From sequence record PP456877.1: 64,000 bases of DNA. One strand, given 5' to 3'. The position numbers and the translations under genes were made by a program. The notes under the pieces were generated by a model. It made no database searches, had not been told where the DNA came from, and worked only from the letters and a program-made list of their open reading frames with translations. Shown one piece after another: positions 62,067 through 64,000 of the stretch. Position 1 is the first letter of the stretch, and every line of letters starts with the position of its first letter.

Positions 62067-62330
62067 TTAACTATTGGTTTCACCACGAGTATTGAATTCT
62101 AAATCCAATACAACTTTAGTAAATTCTTCCAGTGCACCACCCTCGTAGATGAGTGGGTCACTGTCACCCCGGTACATGCTACCTACCGGTACTTGACCAC
62201 GAAACACCATCAGCATATCGTTTTTTACTATGACATGATGTTCATCCCCGACAGCAATGTCTTGGATGTGTCTCCAGCGTTCACGCAGTAAGCTGCAAGC
62301 GCACCATACGGATTTCAAACGTTCAGTCAT
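62067..62330 (-). CDS. Hypothetical early protein
   Basis: First gene after early promoter at 62364. Confidence 0.75.
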   Translation of the reverse strand: MTERLKSVWCACSLLRERWRHIQDIAVGDEHHVIVKNDMLMVFRGQVPVGSMYRGDSDPLIYEGGALEEFTKVVLDLEFNTRGETNS

Positions 62331-62355
62331 TGTATTGCCCTCTTGGTTATTAAAT

Positions 62356-62392
62356 TCATATTTGTAATATAGCTTTTTAAATAGTTTAAATA
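62356..62392 (-). promoter_or_regulatory. Early promoter
   Basis: TATTTAAACTATTTAAAAAGCTATATTACAAATATG. Confidence 0.85.
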
Positions 62393-62448
62393 CAAAAAAA
62401 GATAAATAAAACCCTCCCCGAAGGGAGGGTGTATATTAAGTAATTATT

Positions 62449-63105
62449 TTAACATACAATTTCATTATCAGAAAATAGTTTATTATATTCTTTTAGTGCA
62501 TCCCCACCAACCATAGTACACCTGCCATAGAGAACAGATATAGCCAGATCTTTAATAGCGGGGTGACAATTATTTAACTTACTGATTAGTTGAGCTTTCT
62601 CAGTCAGATACAGTTCAGCAAAATCAGGCTTATCATTAACAATCGACCACATGTTTGAAATGGAATCTAGTAACTTAAGAGATTGACCACTCCATGAAAT
62701 GCGAGAAAGTCTTTCATGTTGTAAACTAATCCTAGTTTTACGATTACCTTCGTAAGTTACATTTGTTAGTTCAGTTACTAAATTAACAACAGGGATTGAG
62801 AATAGTTTAGTTAGATCAGAAGCAGTTACAGCAGTATCCTCAATTACATCATGTAACCATGCTGCTTTATAAGCAGCGTGAGATAGGTCGAATAATTGCG
62901 CCATCTCAGCTACTTGTAATAAATGATGCCAGTAAGGTTTTCCTGAACCATCTCGCAATTGACCAACAGCAGTATGTGCCGCAATGGCATATGATGCAGC
63001 CATTGCATTACCCGCATTGGAATATTTGCCATTACCTAGATGGTTAGTTAAGAGAATATTCTCTTTCCCTCCTTCTAGAATATCGATAATTTCATTCATT
63101 AGCAT
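62449..63105 (-). CDS. HD-domain hydrolase, RelA/SpoT-hydrolase (Mesh1/SAH)-like
   Basis: AH..Q.RDGSGKPYWHH, AAWLHDVIEDT, LKLLDSISN. Confidence 0.88.
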   Translation of the reverse strand: MLMNEIIDILEGGKENILLTNHLGNGKYSNAGNAMAASYAIAAHTAVGQLRDGSGKPYWHHLLQVAEMAQLFDLSHAAYKAAWLHDVIEDTAVTASDLTKLFSIPVVNLVTELTNVTYEGNRKTRISLQHERLSRISWSGQSLKLLDSISNMWSIVNDKPDFAELYLTEKAQLISKLNNCHPAIKDLAISVLYGRCTMVGGDALKEYNKLFSDNEIVC

Positions 63106-63135
63106 AGCTATATTCCTATTTAAATTATTGGAAAC

Positions 63136-63570
63136 CTAATATAGGTCTTCACTAAATAAATATTTAGTTACTAATCTATTTTCTAATTCAGCTCGATATA
63201 ACTGATTATTATTCTTAGCGATAATTACTGCTTCTTCCCTAGAGTGGAAGTTTTCATACTGATCAATAAAACCTTGTTCATGATCATCTCCTGCATATTC
63301 ATGCAATACCTTAAGACCACCATACATTAGCTGTTGTTGAGTCATTATGATTGATGAATGCCTCGCTGCAATGAAATAAACATCCTTCCATCTATTGCAG
63401 GCGGCAACTATCCTTAATTTCACATCGGGATGTTGTTCCCACCACCATAGACCAGTTTCCTCATTCCAATACCTTTCTTTCATTTGAGTTTTTCTAAACT
63501 CACCTTGTATGTCTAAAAGTCTAAATGCCTCTTCTTTAGACATAGCTTGTAGAATAGGATACTTATCCAT
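63136..63570 (-). CDS. Conserved phage hypothetical protein
   Basis: QGFIDQYENFHSREEA...LFSEDLY motif. Confidence 0.75.
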   Translation of the reverse strand: MDKYPILQAMSKEEAFRLLDIQGEFRKTQMKERYWNEETGLWWWEQHPDVKLRIVAACNRWKDVYFIAARHSSIIMTQQQLMYGGLKVLHEYAGDDHEQGFIDQYENFHSREEAVIIAKNNNQLYRAELENRLVTKYLFSEDLY

Positions 63571-63620
63571 TTAATACAGATACCTAATTGCGAAATAGAA
63601 AGAGCCCCGAAGGGCTCTTA

Positions 63621-63977
63621 TTATACAAGTAGCTTTTCAATAGTGAAGCTTGTCCAGACCATTGCCCTATAACCAACACTCTCTTCAGTATAAGTGATAT
63701 CATCAAACTTATTAGGTGGCATGAAACCACGTTGTGTACTAGCATCAGTCACAACAAGATTAGAATCTTTTAAAGTTTCATTTAGAGCCTTAAGTTTATC
63801 CTTACTAATTGATCCCTTAACATGGAACTTAAAATAAGCATAGCCTTTATGATTGATACGACAACTGTCAAGAACAGTTTGTTTATCATTCATTTGACTC
63901 ATCAGATCACTAATAACTGCATCATCTACAGGAGTATCATCATTGACAATATTGATTAATTCAATATAAGTTGGCAT
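63621..63977 (-). CDS. Hypothetical protein
   Basis: ORF track; AAGGA RBS. Confidence 0.75.
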   Translation of the reverse strand: MPTYIELINIVNDDTPVDDAVISDLMSQMNDKQTVLDSCRINHKGYAYFKFHVKGSISKDKLKALNETLKDSNLVVTDASTQRGFMPPNKFDDITYTEESVGYRAMVWTSFTIEKLLV

Positions 63978-64000
63978 TCTTTTTGTTTCCTTAATTAGAT

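Overview
AT-rich jumbo-phage DNA, most consistent with a phiKZ-like (Phikzvirus, nucleus-forming) Pseudomonas phage. The assignment rests on a phiKZ-type terminase, the gene order terminase - small early genes - DHFR - nrdA/nrdB - head protein - tRNA cluster, the tRNA set, and eight TATATTAC early promoters. Layout: 1-7.6 kb is a plus-strand virion/terminase block. 7.7-20.4 kb holds minus-strand small early genes and DHFR. 20.8-35.8 kb is a plus-strand block with class Ia RNR, a head protein, 7 tRNAs (Leu, Pro, Ile2/Met-CAT, Asp, Asn x2 identical, Thr) and two Kelch genes. 35.9-64 kb is a dense minus-strand accessory region: Tyw3-like protein, Ntn peptidase, BCS1-like AAA+, two ART-fold candidates, deaminase, HD hydrolase and an array of exported two-Cys proteins. 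The most striking unexplained signal is a set of ORF-free, highly structured intergenic segments. Three start at the same TATGTA motif found upstream of the tRNAs and end in a terminator-like hairpin: a ~400-nt multi-domain RNA (38047-38447, minus), a C-rich-loop sRNA (26795-26935) and a kissing-loop/pseudoknot RNA (31514-31625). Two further candidates are weaker. No CRISPR array, integrase or intron was seen. All protein-family calls are by eye from motifs; no searches were run. phiKZ gene numbers are from recalled synteny.
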